64,000 bases of DNA from Tubiluchus corallicola (GCA_030141605.1 JAQGDQ010000067.1:620001-684000), one strand, 5' to 3'; positions 27,101 to 39,037 are shown, counted from the stretch's first letter. Numbers and translations are program-made. The notes: a model not told the origin generated them from the letters alone.

Positions 27101-28871
27101 AACGTTGCTTAGAGTCAAAATAACTCAACTAGATGGCATTTAAGTTTAACCAACTGATATAAAGCGCATATGCCCTGTCAGAAAAATAACGATCCAAGAT
27201 CATTCAAGGCCAAATTCTTTCAAAGTGGCTGATGTTGTATTTTTAATTTTCAAATAACTTTCAATTATTAGCATCCATTATGAGCTTTTTAAAGTCAAAA
27301 AGCAACATGAAACACTATTTGGAAGTGTATTTCTGGACATCTTTCTGGTTGTCTGCCCGAAATTTCAGCTTTACACTATTTTTGCCCAGCACCTAATTTT
27401 GACTGGACTGTTATGCGGTCAATGTATCCTGATGCCGAACATAGGACAGCATAGGCTTACTTGATATAAAATCTGTATACCACTCAAAATCAGCTGGTAC
27501 GTAGGTTTACTGTAGTAATGTACAAGGTGACAATTACCATGAAATTTTCTACATCTACAGCTAAGAACGAAGCATTTTACACGTCAGATTTTTTTACATT
27601 TTTGATTATAAGAACTAGTGAGTTCTTGAAATGTTGTCAATTTATAATAAAAACTTTATAAATGTAATTCTGTATTTTGTGTAAAAGTGACAATATTTGG
27701 GCAAACCGAAAGAATTGCAAGTTTGTCAAACTGCAAAAATCGCCTGATGTTATACTTGTATTCTGGTTCTTATTAGGGCAAAGGAAGTATGAAAACATAC
27801 TGGCTTGCACGTGCTATGGGCAGTCAGAGTTTCTTGCAAAGTGCAGAACATGAAAGATACATGGAAATGGTAAGAGCAGCTGAGCAAGAAGCTGAGCGTA
27901 CACCATTTTCACCTGTTTTGCCTATGAAGGATGAACATGGAGGAGGGTAGGTGGACTCTATAAATAAATTAAAGGACAGCCCACCAATAATCACTAATGC
28001 ATGAATGTTCCACGCAGTGTCTTGATTATGCAGAAAAAAATGGAAATGCAACAAAATTATGTTACAGGCGCTTATAGAAGTTCTGTATGGATCTCACACA
28101 TTCAAAATGATGTCCAAATAGCAAAAATAAACCACACAAGGTTTCATCAGTACATTCCAAAGAAAAAACACTTTTTAATCATCTTTTTCAGACAGTCTAA
28201 ATAAAAAACTACCTCCTAACGAAATAATACATAACAGTGCTGAATCATTTGTATGACTAATATGAAGACGTTGAAACAGTTCAGATAATAGCAAAAATCA
28301 GTCGGAAATATAATAATAATATGCACAATTTATTAATACAATACATATTTGTATTTACATATACAATATGTATATATACAGTAACAATATGCCTGGAGAA
28401 TTAACAAAAATTAGAGCTGCTAGTTTTCATAAATTATTTGTAAAACAATTCTGTTGTTCTAGGTCATTGTTAAATCTAATGAAAGATGCAGGCAGTGAAG
28501 TTTTCTCCAAATCACCGTTCATATCTGAAAAATCCAGTAGGAATGCCTCGTTATTAGGCCCGTCATCACGCAGCAGTTATACACCAATCATGCCAGATAA
28601 TTTACAATCTCAACTTGCCGAATCCAAATCTCCAACACTTTTTCACAGTGAAAGTGCTTTAGCATTAAGAACACTAGAGCAAAGATCAGCTAGTGAAGCA
28701 ACTCCATTGGCAATGGTTAGTATGACAACAGAACACACAGTGACAAGAAGTACTACCCCAAATGGTACCAATGAAAACTTTGTAGTGAAGAGAAATGAAA
28801 CAAAGAAAAGTGCAAAAGAAATGAAATTGAAGGGAGATAAGAATAGAAGTATCACTTGTATAATATTATAG
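6174..28871 (+). CDS. Gyc88E: Atypical soluble guanylate cyclase, Gyc88E/MsGC-beta3-like (H-NOX, PAS/HNOBA, coiled coil, cyclase, CAAX tail), 811 aa
   Basis: Coding exons 6174-6959, 8751-8841, 11264-11344, 13416-13527, 15310-15439, 16252-16398, 16589-16735, 17519-17675, 18991-19100, 24883-24978, 27777-27946, 28463-28871 (2436 nt, phases consistent). Motifs: [18 protein letters not shown] (heme His104), YRSRR (YxSxR), [92 protein letters not shown]. Ends CIIL*. Confidence 0.93.
9567..9728. repeat. Diverged ~83-bp tandem duplication in sGC intron 2
   Basis: agccagaaagaccattagg..tagag..ttt....gac..cctcacag.tatgtggtcacaga occurs at ~9569 and ~9652. Confidence 0.8.
11975..12392. repeat. 38-bp minisatellite (~11 units)
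   Basis: Unit agccagtgagtgacagatgaatgacgagtgaactggca, near-perfect at ~12155-12345 and degenerate at both ends. Source of the spurious minus-strand ORFs at 11906-12444. Confidence 0.93.
13953..15102. mobile_element. Foldback/palindromic non-autonomous DNA element in sGC intron 4
   Basis: Left cgttaaagttcattataac...aaattttgcgtcattacgtaacaatcatt mirrors right aatgattgttaagtaatgacgcaaaattt...gttatataatgaatcttaaca. Inner arms are also inverted (tagatgtgagtttggctgcagctcagtatgg vs ccataccgagctgcaaccgaacccacatcta). Confidence 0.75.
18320..18436. mobile_element. Short MITE, PIF/Harbinger-like termini
   Basis: Terminal inverted repeats ggggccggtttcacaaagt / actttgtgaaactgggtcc. Confidence 0.6.
18472..18615. 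repeat. Compound (TGTAA)n-(TGTAG)n pentanucleotide microsatellite
   Basis: Seen directly. TGTAG is the reverse complement of the ACTAC satellite at the window start. Confidence 0.95.
19780..22000 (-). mobile_element. Highly degenerate LINE ORF2 C-terminal relic, interrupted by the foldback element at 20662-21807
   Basis: Minus-strand translation near 20300-20450 gives [38 protein letters not shown], resembling the post-RT region of LINE ORF2. Many stops; boundaries approximate. Confidence 0.4.
20662..21807. mobile_element. Foldback-type element with modular ~19-bp TIR subrepeats and trinucleotide-repeat core (copy 1)
   Basis: Left arm is built of aaagtttggtac-type units, right arm of gtaccaaacttt-type units, with an internal GTT/CAT/GAT low-complexity core. 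Unique internal segments are shared in inverted orientation with 62194-63952. Confidence 0.8.
22615..22856 (-). mobile_element. Helentron/HINE-like non-autonomous element
   Basis: Minus strand starts tttttacctctgccaaggaagtaa (short hairpin), then a ttgtttggttgttg microsatellite and gatttccacgaaacttt, the usual layout of DINE-1/HINE-like elements. Confidence 0.5.
22957..23109. mobile_element. MITE carrying a degenerate (CCCTAA)n telomere-type array
   Basis: Imperfect TIRs (ggcaagagtttataattcc / ggaatttgtaaatcttagcc) around ~14 CCCTAA-like units. Same family as 33865-34015 (inverted). Confidence 0.7.
23170..23465 (-). mobile_element. Second HINE-like non-autonomous element
   Basis: Minus strand tttttagatccggtacgtattgggggtctctaaagtttggtcacgttgttgttg...gaaattttgcatgaagat. 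GC/CpG-richer than its flanks. Confidence 0.4.
26020..26383. mobile_element. Kolobok-like MITE (internally deleted copy of the 56742-57423 family)
   Basis: ttaa|agcacaagaaaa ... ttttcttgtcct|ttga. About 270 bp align by eye to 57155-57423. Confidence 0.75.
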
Positions 28872-29779
28872 TACATAATTTTGCGTATTTTCGATATTTA
28901 ATTATAGTTTGCTGAATAAATTGTTCTGACAATCTACATTATGTATGTAAGCTGCACACAACATATGGGCAGGTAAATTGATGACAATATTTGTACATTA
29001 GTACTCTTATGAAATAGTTTTGCATTTATATTATTTTTGTGACTGCATGGTCTTACAATATTTATTATTTACAGTATTCATCTAAGATTATTACGTTATA
29101 TTACATAGTAAACAAATTAAACTTAATTACTCCCTTGTATCTGTTTAACGCTTGTAAATAATAAATCAGTGATATCATACACCATGAGTACTTGATATTT
29201 ATATTGTTCTGTACCATAGATAATATTATACAGCAGTTATTATTCTGTTGAATCTTAAATATTTACTTATAGAGGAGAATTTTTGTAAACGTAAACACAT
29301 ATCAAGTTTTCAAACACGTGTGAAGATGAAAAACATCAATCTTGTGTAATTAGAAAAATATGAGACTTATTTTTTAATTCAGTTGGTTTGTATTAGATGT
29401 ATTATTCCGTTTTTCTAAAAGTATAATAATGAGTACAACTGACACAGATGATATTTCATGCGTTGACATGTTTGTAAATAATATTTTGTTAAAAATGAAG
29501 TTTTGTGAATAGTGATTTTGTATATTACAATTTTTGGTAATTTGGTATACCAAATTACAACCAATTTACATAGAAATTTACATAAAAATCATAAGAAAAA
29601 GAATAAAAACAGAAAATATAATGACTACACAGAGTCTGTTCAATTCTCGACATAAAATGTATTTCATAAAAAAGTTTAACAATTTATATCACAACCACCA
29701 GCACAGAAAAGAATAAAACACAAACTGATCACAGTAATAAGAAATGAGAATACTGTTGCTATCATAAAAAACATTTTAA

Positions 29780-32700
29780 TCAAATAGATAACAAAGGTTT
29801 GTACCTATACAAGAACCACCGTCTTCCTCCCAATATTCGGCAAAAAACGACAAGAATAACAAAACACGTGATAATAATCAAAAATGCTGGCATCTCCATC
29901 AAAGAATGTGTTGAGTTGTCTGTCATTTTATTAAACTGATGTCGATCAAGCGATCTGTCATCATTAAAAAAAGATTGGCTGCCATCTCCATCTATTTGAT
30001 GATGGAAGTAACCACGGTTGTCATCATGGAGCTGCATCCCTGCAACTGTTAAATAAACAAAATTACAATGTTTTTGTAATTCTTGTAAAGTATGTTTGCT
30101 TATGTGTCACAGTGCTGTGCTTGGGAGTGTTTCTGCTGGTTATCTAGAATGTGTCACATTGTATTTTTATTCATTTTGCTTGTTGATTTATGTTATTTGC
30201 TTTACTGTATTCAGTCAGCTTTAGCTCGATTGCTATATCGAAAAGCACAAAGGTCACAATGACAACAAATTTGTGATTGTTTGAATATTAAATCAGAAGT
30301 GAAACTATTAAGTCTATCTAACTATTATAAATTCAATGTAAAGATTATTATTAATGATGTTACAAACTCATAATTAAATAAATTTTGATACCAAATTCGA
30401 ATGACCCTGGATTTGAACGAGGGACCTTCTGCTAACATTGCAAATGCCTTAGACCAAGAGGTCACAGCATTCTCCAGTGGTCAAAGTTGACAAAACTTCA
30501 TCCCCCAAAAGCTGGCGAACCAAATTCAGCATTTCCAATGTTAGATCACTCACACTAAATTAATTCTATCTAATTAAATTAGTTTTTATTTCAGTTAACT
30601 TCAAATATGAAATTTCTGCAATAGTTTAAAGTTTGATATCAAATTTCAATTAATTGCGGGTTTGTAACATCACAATTAGCAGCAACTTTTGCTCATAATC
30701 AGAAAGGACCATTTTTAAACTGCAAAGCTTAAATAAGATGAAATGGTAGCGTGATCTGGGCACATATCAAACTTTATAAATGATATTTTTATGCAAAAAT
30801 GTGAAATGCATTCTGAGTCCATCAGTTTTCTGATGGAACTAATAGCCACAAATGCGTGGTAAGCAATACACACATTTCTAGCTTGAGAGCCAACTGCATA
30901 TTAAAATAAATAAAAGCAGAACACATCATACCTTGTGCACCATGGTGACTTTTTGCTCCACGAAAATGTTCAACGTTTGCCTCAGCAGGCTGATGACGTA
31001 CATTGTCATTATGATGTAATGGAGAATCCTGTTTTAGGTCAGGTATGTCAAGAACATGTTTATGATGTTCTACATCATAGTCAATAACATGAGCGGGAAG
31101 CTTAGGTGATGAAAAAGCTGAAGTTAGAGAAAACAACAAAATAACAAAAAAATTGTACTAAGCAGGTGACTGAAATAGTGTGAGTTATGAGCAATTTGTT
31201 TATTCCTTAACTGAAATGGACTGAAATGGTATGTATCATCTATAACTTGCTAAAAGAGCAACAAATTCGTGAACAAAGGCGTCCAACAAAAAACAATGTT
31301 GCAACTTGAACAAAATTATAAAATCATACAGAAACAAGTTATCATTGAATATACAAGTTTGAGCTAAGTAAATTGACAGAATTGAAGTCTTGTCTCTACC
31401 ACATATACCTACTGATAACATAATTATGAAGAAAAGCATGCTAATCATTGCCAGTATGATTAGTGGCACTATGTTTTAAAACTGCTTAAAACCAGTCATG
31501 TGATTTATGTGACTTTAAATGCTCAGGGACAGAAGAAAGCACAAAGGTAAGTAAGCCGAAAATATTTGAAAACAAGTGCTAAACGTGACAACCAATAAAA
31601 CAACAGCATAACCACATAAGCATAGTGCAATAGTTAAATTTGTGCCACTATAAAAATAGCCAAAGCTCTTTAAACTGAACATATACAATAACAGACCAAT
31701 AAATTTTTATATATTTTTACTTTGACTCTCTCTAAAAAAACACATAAGACAAAATCCACGAAAGCAGAAAATAATCCAAACAATGTCATTACTTCACGTT
31801 CGTACCTCGATATTTTATTTCCTTTGAAATGGCAGCTTCAAAATTTTTGTACTCATCTCTTGAGTCAGATTTCAGCATATGTCGAAGATAAATGCTCAGT
31901 GCTGCACCAGCCATAGCAGTCTTGTGCGTCAAACATCCATCTAGAAAATCATTCAATATTATTAACTCAAGAAATATAAACTATAATTACTTTAGAAGTA
32001 ATAAGTATAAATAAGTAACAATTAAAGATGACTTCTCTTTGAAGCACTGAAAGAGTTGTTTACTTACTGGCTGTACTATGCATCACTACATGCACATCAT
32101 ATGATGGAATATATATCAAACAACACTATCTCCTAACTATTATTAATTTTACGTATGCACATAGTTATTTCCCATATTATGTTGTTCCAGCACTTGAACC
32201 ATTACATTCCCAGATCAGTAGGATTTTGTCTCTAGTTTGTATTTTTGTCTTCTAAATGTTTTGATTAAATCTGTCTTGTTTTTGTTTTAGTACTTATGTG
32301 CTATGTCCTATGGTTCCATAAATATACATACCTATGCATGTTTAATGTAGACAAATGTTTTAAGTGCAATAAAAAAAGATCATGTAAGAAAGATTAATAA
32401 AAGGAACACAGTCATACTTGTAACTTCCTAAAAAGTTCTTATCACTAGTTCGTGTAACTTGAAAATTACAAATGCAGCTTGTTAACACATTATAAACACT
32501 TATGTCTAGGGCAGTCCTAGTGATGCTGCTAAAAAGAGAAGCTTGTTATAACATGAACTGCCCCAAGATAAAATATACAGCCCAACTAAAAAGCCAAATC
32601 TTGAAGTTTTTTGCACAGTCACTTTTAGACGGCATGGTTAGGACTTTTCCTCATCATAATGCTTCCCTGAACCCAATAATTTTCATTTTTACCTAGTTTT

Positions 32701-35700
32701 TGCATTTTAGTATTTTTCATACAGTTTGGCATTTTGTGTCAAGATTCAGCATGGCTGTGACAGAACAAGAACTTAGCTCATTATTAAGTATAGTCCTCTA
32801 AAAGATGAGACACTCAACCCAGCACAGATTCAGATTATGCAGTTATGCATGCTCTCTCAGAATGATAAACAAGGTGTAACAAAGAAGATGTTAAATTGTC
32901 TCATCAGTCTTTCATTTACTAACAAAAGGTTGGCATTGATTAACTTCAGTCATTATGGCCATTCAGCTAATCCCATAGACATCACACTGTGCAGAAATTA
33001 GATAATCAGATTTAAGCTTTATTAGATTGCATACCTAGTAGGAGTATTAAAAACAGGGTATAAAGAAATTATAGTAATGTGTCACAGACCACAGGTTGAA
33101 TTCATTGACCAGTGGTCAACAGTAGATGACTTTCCACCCTTCCACCACACATATATAGTCTACAGGTTCCAGCAAAATCAAAGGAAAAAGTTTAAAGCAC
33201 TGGCCTCAAAGAACTGCAGTGCTGTATAGCGTGTATGTCTCTTATTTAATCTCAAAGCCACCAATGTCAACAAAAAATCTTATTCGATTGATTTTTCACT
33301 ACATCTCACTAATTTTGTTTAAAAAAAAATCATCCACTATTGTTGCGTATTTGTCCATTGACAGTCCATAAAATACCTTTGTGATTTTTTTACACTTAAT
33401 ATTTAAAATAAACACTCTAAAAACAAAACACATTTTGTACCTCGTACTTCATAATCGACTAGCAGTCGTCTCTGTATGACACCCAGGTCAGAATCTACAT
33501 CAATGAATTTCAAACTTCTCCCATGGGCTCTTCCCTTTAACGGGCGAGGATGAAGAGGTGGATCAGCTCCAAAACAGCCATTTGGTCTTTGCCAACTAAG
33601 AATGAGAGCTAAATGCGATGGTGCAAGAAATTCTCTGAATCCAAGGGACGGACATACAAATTCTACCATAATAAATGCATAAAAATCAAGAAAAAGCACA
33701 TCATAGCAAACACAAACAATGTAGCACAAAGTTTTTAGTGAAAATGGCTTTGAATCGAAGTTGTCACCTTTTGTCCTTGTCACCAATTATACACAAAGCC
33801 ATTTGCTCTCATTCTGAACAGCCTTAACTTTGTTTGCTTAGCACTGACTTGGTCTTGAATTTGACGGAAGAAACATTGGTTCAAGTTTACAATCCCCACA
33901 TATAAGAAATTAGTTCATGAAGCAGATTAGGATTAGAGTTACGGTTAGGGCAGGGTTAGGATTTGAGTTAGGGTTAGGGTATCTAAATTGTGTGGGGAAT
34001 TGTAAACTCCTTCCGAAACATCTTACACAAGAACAAAATTTTAAATACAATTTAGTGCATTGCAAGCAGGAATCAAGATTTCGTTATATGTGTATTTTTG
34101 TATTGTATTGTAAAAATTGTATTTTTCAAACTAGTATACAAATTTTTGGTTTCTAGTGCTTTACTTTGAGTGGCGCTGGCCATGTTTGGGGTAATTTGAG
34201 TAAAAAAATTAATACATATTGATAATTTACCATATTCCAAGTTTTAGAAACTTTATTAATCGAACTATAGCACAAACAAAAACATTGGAATTCATAATTT
34301 AAACAACTATTGGTAGAATTGGCCATTTATGATTTCTGATATCAAATTTTATGGGTTTGTGAAGTTGCAGGGATCTTCTAATATGAATGCCTGATTGTCA
34401 CAGTATAAAACCATTTTTGAATGTCATTGGCTCCTCAAGCCCATTAAAGCTTTTTAAATAATAGGTTTTTCAAGAATGCACAATAATTAACAACTGCGTT
34501 CTGTGTGTGTCTGTGTATATTTGCTGCTAGATGACTTAGCCATATACAACATGTACATGTATGTGAATAGAGAACGTAAAAGAACTGCGAAAAGTTTTTG
34601 AAAAAGGAAAATATCAAAAATGAGTCATTTTCACCAAAGATCATTTGGTTCAAGATCAGCATCTTGTGCATCTTGACCTCAAGATTGCACAGTGTGCAAT
34701 TTAGCCAAGACAATTCAAATTCAACAAGTTTTGTCCAAGTATGCTAAAAAACTTAATGTTAATTAGTTTTTGTGAGATAACAGTTTTATACAATAGTTGG
34801 ACTGGAGATAAGCCACTGCTCTATGGATATATATTTAGGTATTGCATTTAAATGAAAAAAAAAACTTAAGAAACTGAAGATGATGTTGATCATAAAGATG
34901 GAGGAAGATGGCACATTCTGAATTGTATGTGGACATTTTTTTATTATTGACTAAACAATGCGCTTATAAATTTGTAAGCATTAAGAAACATACGTTCTTC
35001 CAGGAATAAATGCTCCAGACCTGGATGCATTCCTCTATGAAGCATTTCCTTCATTTGGTGATAATTGCTGGAACAAAACTCCCATCTCATCTCATCCAGT
35101 GATTTACCATTTTTGCTCAAAAATGCATTGAATTTTTTAGCACATCCCATCTGCAAAATAGAATAAATCACAAAAAAACACACGATACAAATGTTTGCAC
35201 ACGTACAATGCATACATTAAATGTTCTTAATGAAAGCAGCAAATTCTTTATTGAGCTTTACTGCAGCTCTTTCTTGACTGTGAACCATGGGGAGGTAATA
35301 CAAGTCTTTCATTATCCACTCTCCCAGTGAAGCAGCCTGAATGTGCATCTTACTTTGTGAATAACTCCATTATGAATTCACTCCATTTATATGCAGAAAA
35401 TATTTATGATTCATAGCATGCATGCAAGGGCGGGGTGGAATAAATTCCAGGTCCCCCACACATTTTTAATGAAAAAGGTGGTGTGAACAGCGAAAATTTT
35501 CCAAACTGTAAATTTTGTAACAGAACTACGATGTAATCATTTATGGAATGCAGTAATTAAATAATTACCATACCTATACAAAATACATATAAAAACACAA
35601 AAACAAAGGTATACAGACCATTTATGTAAAAGAATGGAAAAATGTTTCGGCTAAAATACATAGATAACATACTAGATTATTTAATTTATTATTAGTCTCC

Positions 35701-38700
35701 AAAGAAATTTAACTGTAAATAATGTGATAAAATATGCTAGCCATGAAATTAAAGCCATTGCACTGACATTTATGACAACCACTGGAGGCAAAAATCTTTA
35801 AGCTACTGTGCCATGTTATATCACAAATTCTTAAAGACAAAGTTATACAATGATAAGTTTATGTTATCAGGAAATTTTCTGCAAGTTAGTTAAAAATGAT
35901 AATTTGCTGGAGTAATTAATGGAGCTCATTTCAAAAGCTATGTAGAACATAAAGAATTTTACATACCACTTCTCCTATAAGTGTATATAAAATCTGCTGC
36001 ACTAAATAATGAGATGGTAAACCAGGTGAAAACATCAATTTTAAGCAGTCACCATTCAACTTCGAGCAGCTACTAGATAATGGATCGGTAAGTTCATTGA
36101 AACACTCATCTGAATTGTCTTCTATATAGGCGACTGCAAGATTTGTTTATTAACTTCATTATTGTGAAGACAAAACAAATAGTAAACAGCAGTATGTTAC
36201 CAACATACACAAAATTCTTTGTATGTAATCAAGAGAAAGTCTCATATGCATCGTACAATTTATGTTAAACTTGTACCACAAAAATAATGGAAACAAGTTG
36301 CCACTAATTAAACAAGGATGTAAAATTGTCTTTACAAAAGTTAGACATGTGCACAACTACGGAGTTGGAAATAACTATAACTATGGGAATAATAAATAAA
36401 CGGGTGAGTAGTCCTGGTATGCTTAGTGACTAAAGTTAAGGAAACTAAGACTGGCCGGTAAATGAAAGGGTGACTGTTGAGAAAACTCTCTGGGCAGTTT
36501 CATCTGTCCCAACTATTGACTTCGTTGGGGGAGAGAGTGCACATACATTATAATGCGACCAATGCCTTTTACCAGCTCTGTGTCCCATCTCCAAGATCCA
36601 CATCTCCAATGTGGATCCATTACAACCAACATATAAAGGAGGCCCTGTCAATGAATGCTGGATCACGACTTTCAATGTACAACAAACTATAAGCAAATTA
36701 ATACCAAGCTGTGGATTAGGAGGTGGCTGAATTTTCTTTACAACATTCATTTGTAGTTTCTGACTAGCTTTAAATACATCCCAAGTCTGAGTAGTTAGCC
36801 TCTGTTTTGCTTCATAGTAACCTGAAACAAATGCAATTTCTAATAACAAGAACACCGACATAGTGAACTGATGTATATTTTTTACTGTAAAAATTATCTG
36901 GGTCAGAAGCATAACTAAATTTCTTATTTACTTAACTTTGGAGAAATACCACAATTTTTTTCTGCTGTGTAGAAACACCTGAAACATAGCCATTACAAAC
37001 ATTAGTTAAATCATAAAAAGCTATAACACATTAACCAATACTAAATATAGTAAATTTATAGTTTTACTAGTTTCTATCTACCTGGATTTCTGCTCTCTGC
37101 AGGACGAACAGCTAATTTTATAGTTTTTTCTAAATGGGTAGATAGTGCTTGTAATAGTTGCAGTATCTCTGTTACATTAACTTCTCTCACTGCTGCTTTA
37201 ACATGTCCTGCAAAAAACAGCAATTATGTGTCTAGATATAAATATCAACATTGAGATTTATACACAATAACTTACTTAGACAAGAAGCTTACAGTATGAC
37301 GCTTTTCTCCATAAAGATACCGATGCGGCCAAATGTCAATGAAAACAAAAAGAAGCCGAGACCAACAGACTGACTGTCACAACCATGCAGTTTAAACAAA
37401 TGTGTTGTAACATGTATTAATGTGCAGCATTCTAAAAACTACTTAGCACTTGAGCTGGGAAGCGTTCACAATTTAGTTCTAGAAGGCGTGAAAAATTCCA
37501 TGATTTGAATTGGAATGGATACATAAGTCTTTGCCTAAAGAGACAAATGAATACCAACAAAAGTTGCAAAAGAAAATGTTAAATGAATTGTTGTTAAAAA
37601 GTCAAGCCATCTGTATGGAAGAAGCTAAAGGTCCTGAAACGTGTTTTAGGTACTCAATCCAGCCATATGGCAATGAACAAACATCAATAATATTAGACAA
37701 AGGAAACTTCAATAATATTAGACAAAATAGATATTGTATGAGGCCTACAGTTACAGCAGAAATAACTTATTTTTAAAAAGCAAGTTTTTGTCACATCATC
37801 CATGAACTTATTCCTTTATGGCAAATATTGCCCCGACAAACTTAAATAGGTATATTTGTACTAGTAACACAATAACAAAAAAGATATAAATGGGTTAAAC
37901 TTGGCACAAGGTAAAATTAGATAAAAGTCCATAAACACTGGGATTTTATCATTTCACACTTTTTAAATTGAAATATAGGCATCTCACCAAATTTAATCCA
38001 CTTACATAACTATACCTTCACATTAACAATACATAAACAAATTATTACAATCTCGTTGTAAGTAGGCAATTGTTACAAACTCACAATTAATTAAAGGTTG
38101 ATACTAAAATTAAAGTTGAAAGTACTACAGGAAATGCAAAAAAATTCTAAATTTAGAGAGTGAGCTAAGGTGGCATTTGGGCTGCTCATATATTCCACTG
38201 GTTCTCCCCTCATTTGGCATATGTGCAGTAAAGCGCAACTGCGGTATATGGGCTAGTAAGTTAAAGGTCCCATGACACTACTTTGTTATGTTATTTTCCT
38301 TTATAGCGCAGGCAGAATTACGTATTTCTTAACATTTAAGACAGTTCTGATGCATACTTTTACGTGATATCGTTACTTAAATTGCGCACTGTTATCCTCC
38401 ATTACCGGTGTACCGCTTGACTTGCCCACATGTAAATACAGCAAGAGTCACACATGTGCAGTGTCATTTCTGTCTTCTTCCTCGATTTTTTGTTTTTCGA
38501 AAGATGTCTGTGCAGAGCTAAATTTCAAGTGAAGTGTTTCAATGCTAACCAAAGCGAAATGCACCAGTTTATATCATGCTTATCAGTAGTGAATTTTGAC
38601 AGCAAGTGTCCACCAAGGTGTCAGTGGACCCTTAAACGGCACCCCACGTTCTGGAACTAAAATAGAAGATTACAGAAGTGGAAAGGTGAAACTAAAGACA

Positions 38701-39037
38701 AACGAAAAAAGGAATGAGAAATCAATGAAGTGTGACCTCATTAGTCATGTGGCTAATCTTGTTAAAGTACGAATCAGTAAGCAAATACTCTTAAAAATTA
38801 ATGTATTCAAATGTTCTAACCATCTCTAGTTACCTACCTACCTTGCATTATTTTGAGAGCAAAAAGACTGTCGAAATTTAAGTCACTGTTGTAATGTGCT
38901 TTATAATATTCAAGGATTTGCCCTATTGCAGTAGTCACATCAGTGAAAGCACGTAAACTTGTATCAGCTTGTAATATAGTAGTTTTTAGGCATATTAATC
39001 CCAAAAGTAAAACAAATTTCAAAGTTTTTCCTGCCAT
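29780..39037 (-). CDS. C16orf89: C16orf89/UPF0764-like protein with signal peptide, His-rich stalk and C-terminal transmembrane segment, 523 aa
   Basis: Exons 39037-38842, 37207-37082, 36821-36705, 36133-35967, 35150-34994, 33662-33441, 31940-31806, 31117-30932, 30045-29780 (1572 nt, all GT-AG, phases consistent). Family-like motifs: LNFDSLFALKIMQG, EDNSDECF, PGLPSHYLVQQILY, FCSSN, LFLEEQ, ILSWQRPNGCFG, DGCLTHKTAMAGAAL. Confidence 0.85.
30400..30472 (-). mobile_element. Degenerate tRNA-derived SINE head
   Basis: Minus strand gtgacctcttggtctaaggcatttg...ggtccctcgttcaaatccagggtc has A-box- and B-box (GTTCAAATCC)-like motifs. Confidence 0.45.
33865..34015. mobile_element. MITE carrying a degenerate (TTAGGG)n array
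   Basis: agtttacaatccccaca ... tgtggggaattgtaaact inverted repeats around ttaggg-like units. The right arm matches the reverse complement of ~22958-23005. Confidence 0.7.
38265..38631. mobile_element. Kolobok-like MITE in C16orf89-like intron 1
   Basis: TTAA at both ends; imperfect TIR aggtcccatgacac / gtgtcagtggaccc. Confidence 0.6.

Noticed and set aside
30400-30472. Functional tRNA gene (also 4655-4722)
   Set aside because: A/B boxes are present but acceptor and anticodon stems do not pair; treated as SINE heads.
31721-31731. 11-nt micro-exon candidate (tttttttag|AGAGAGTCAAA|gtaaaa) in the C16orf89-like gene
   Set aside because: The flanking exons already join in phase 1, and inclusion would frameshift.
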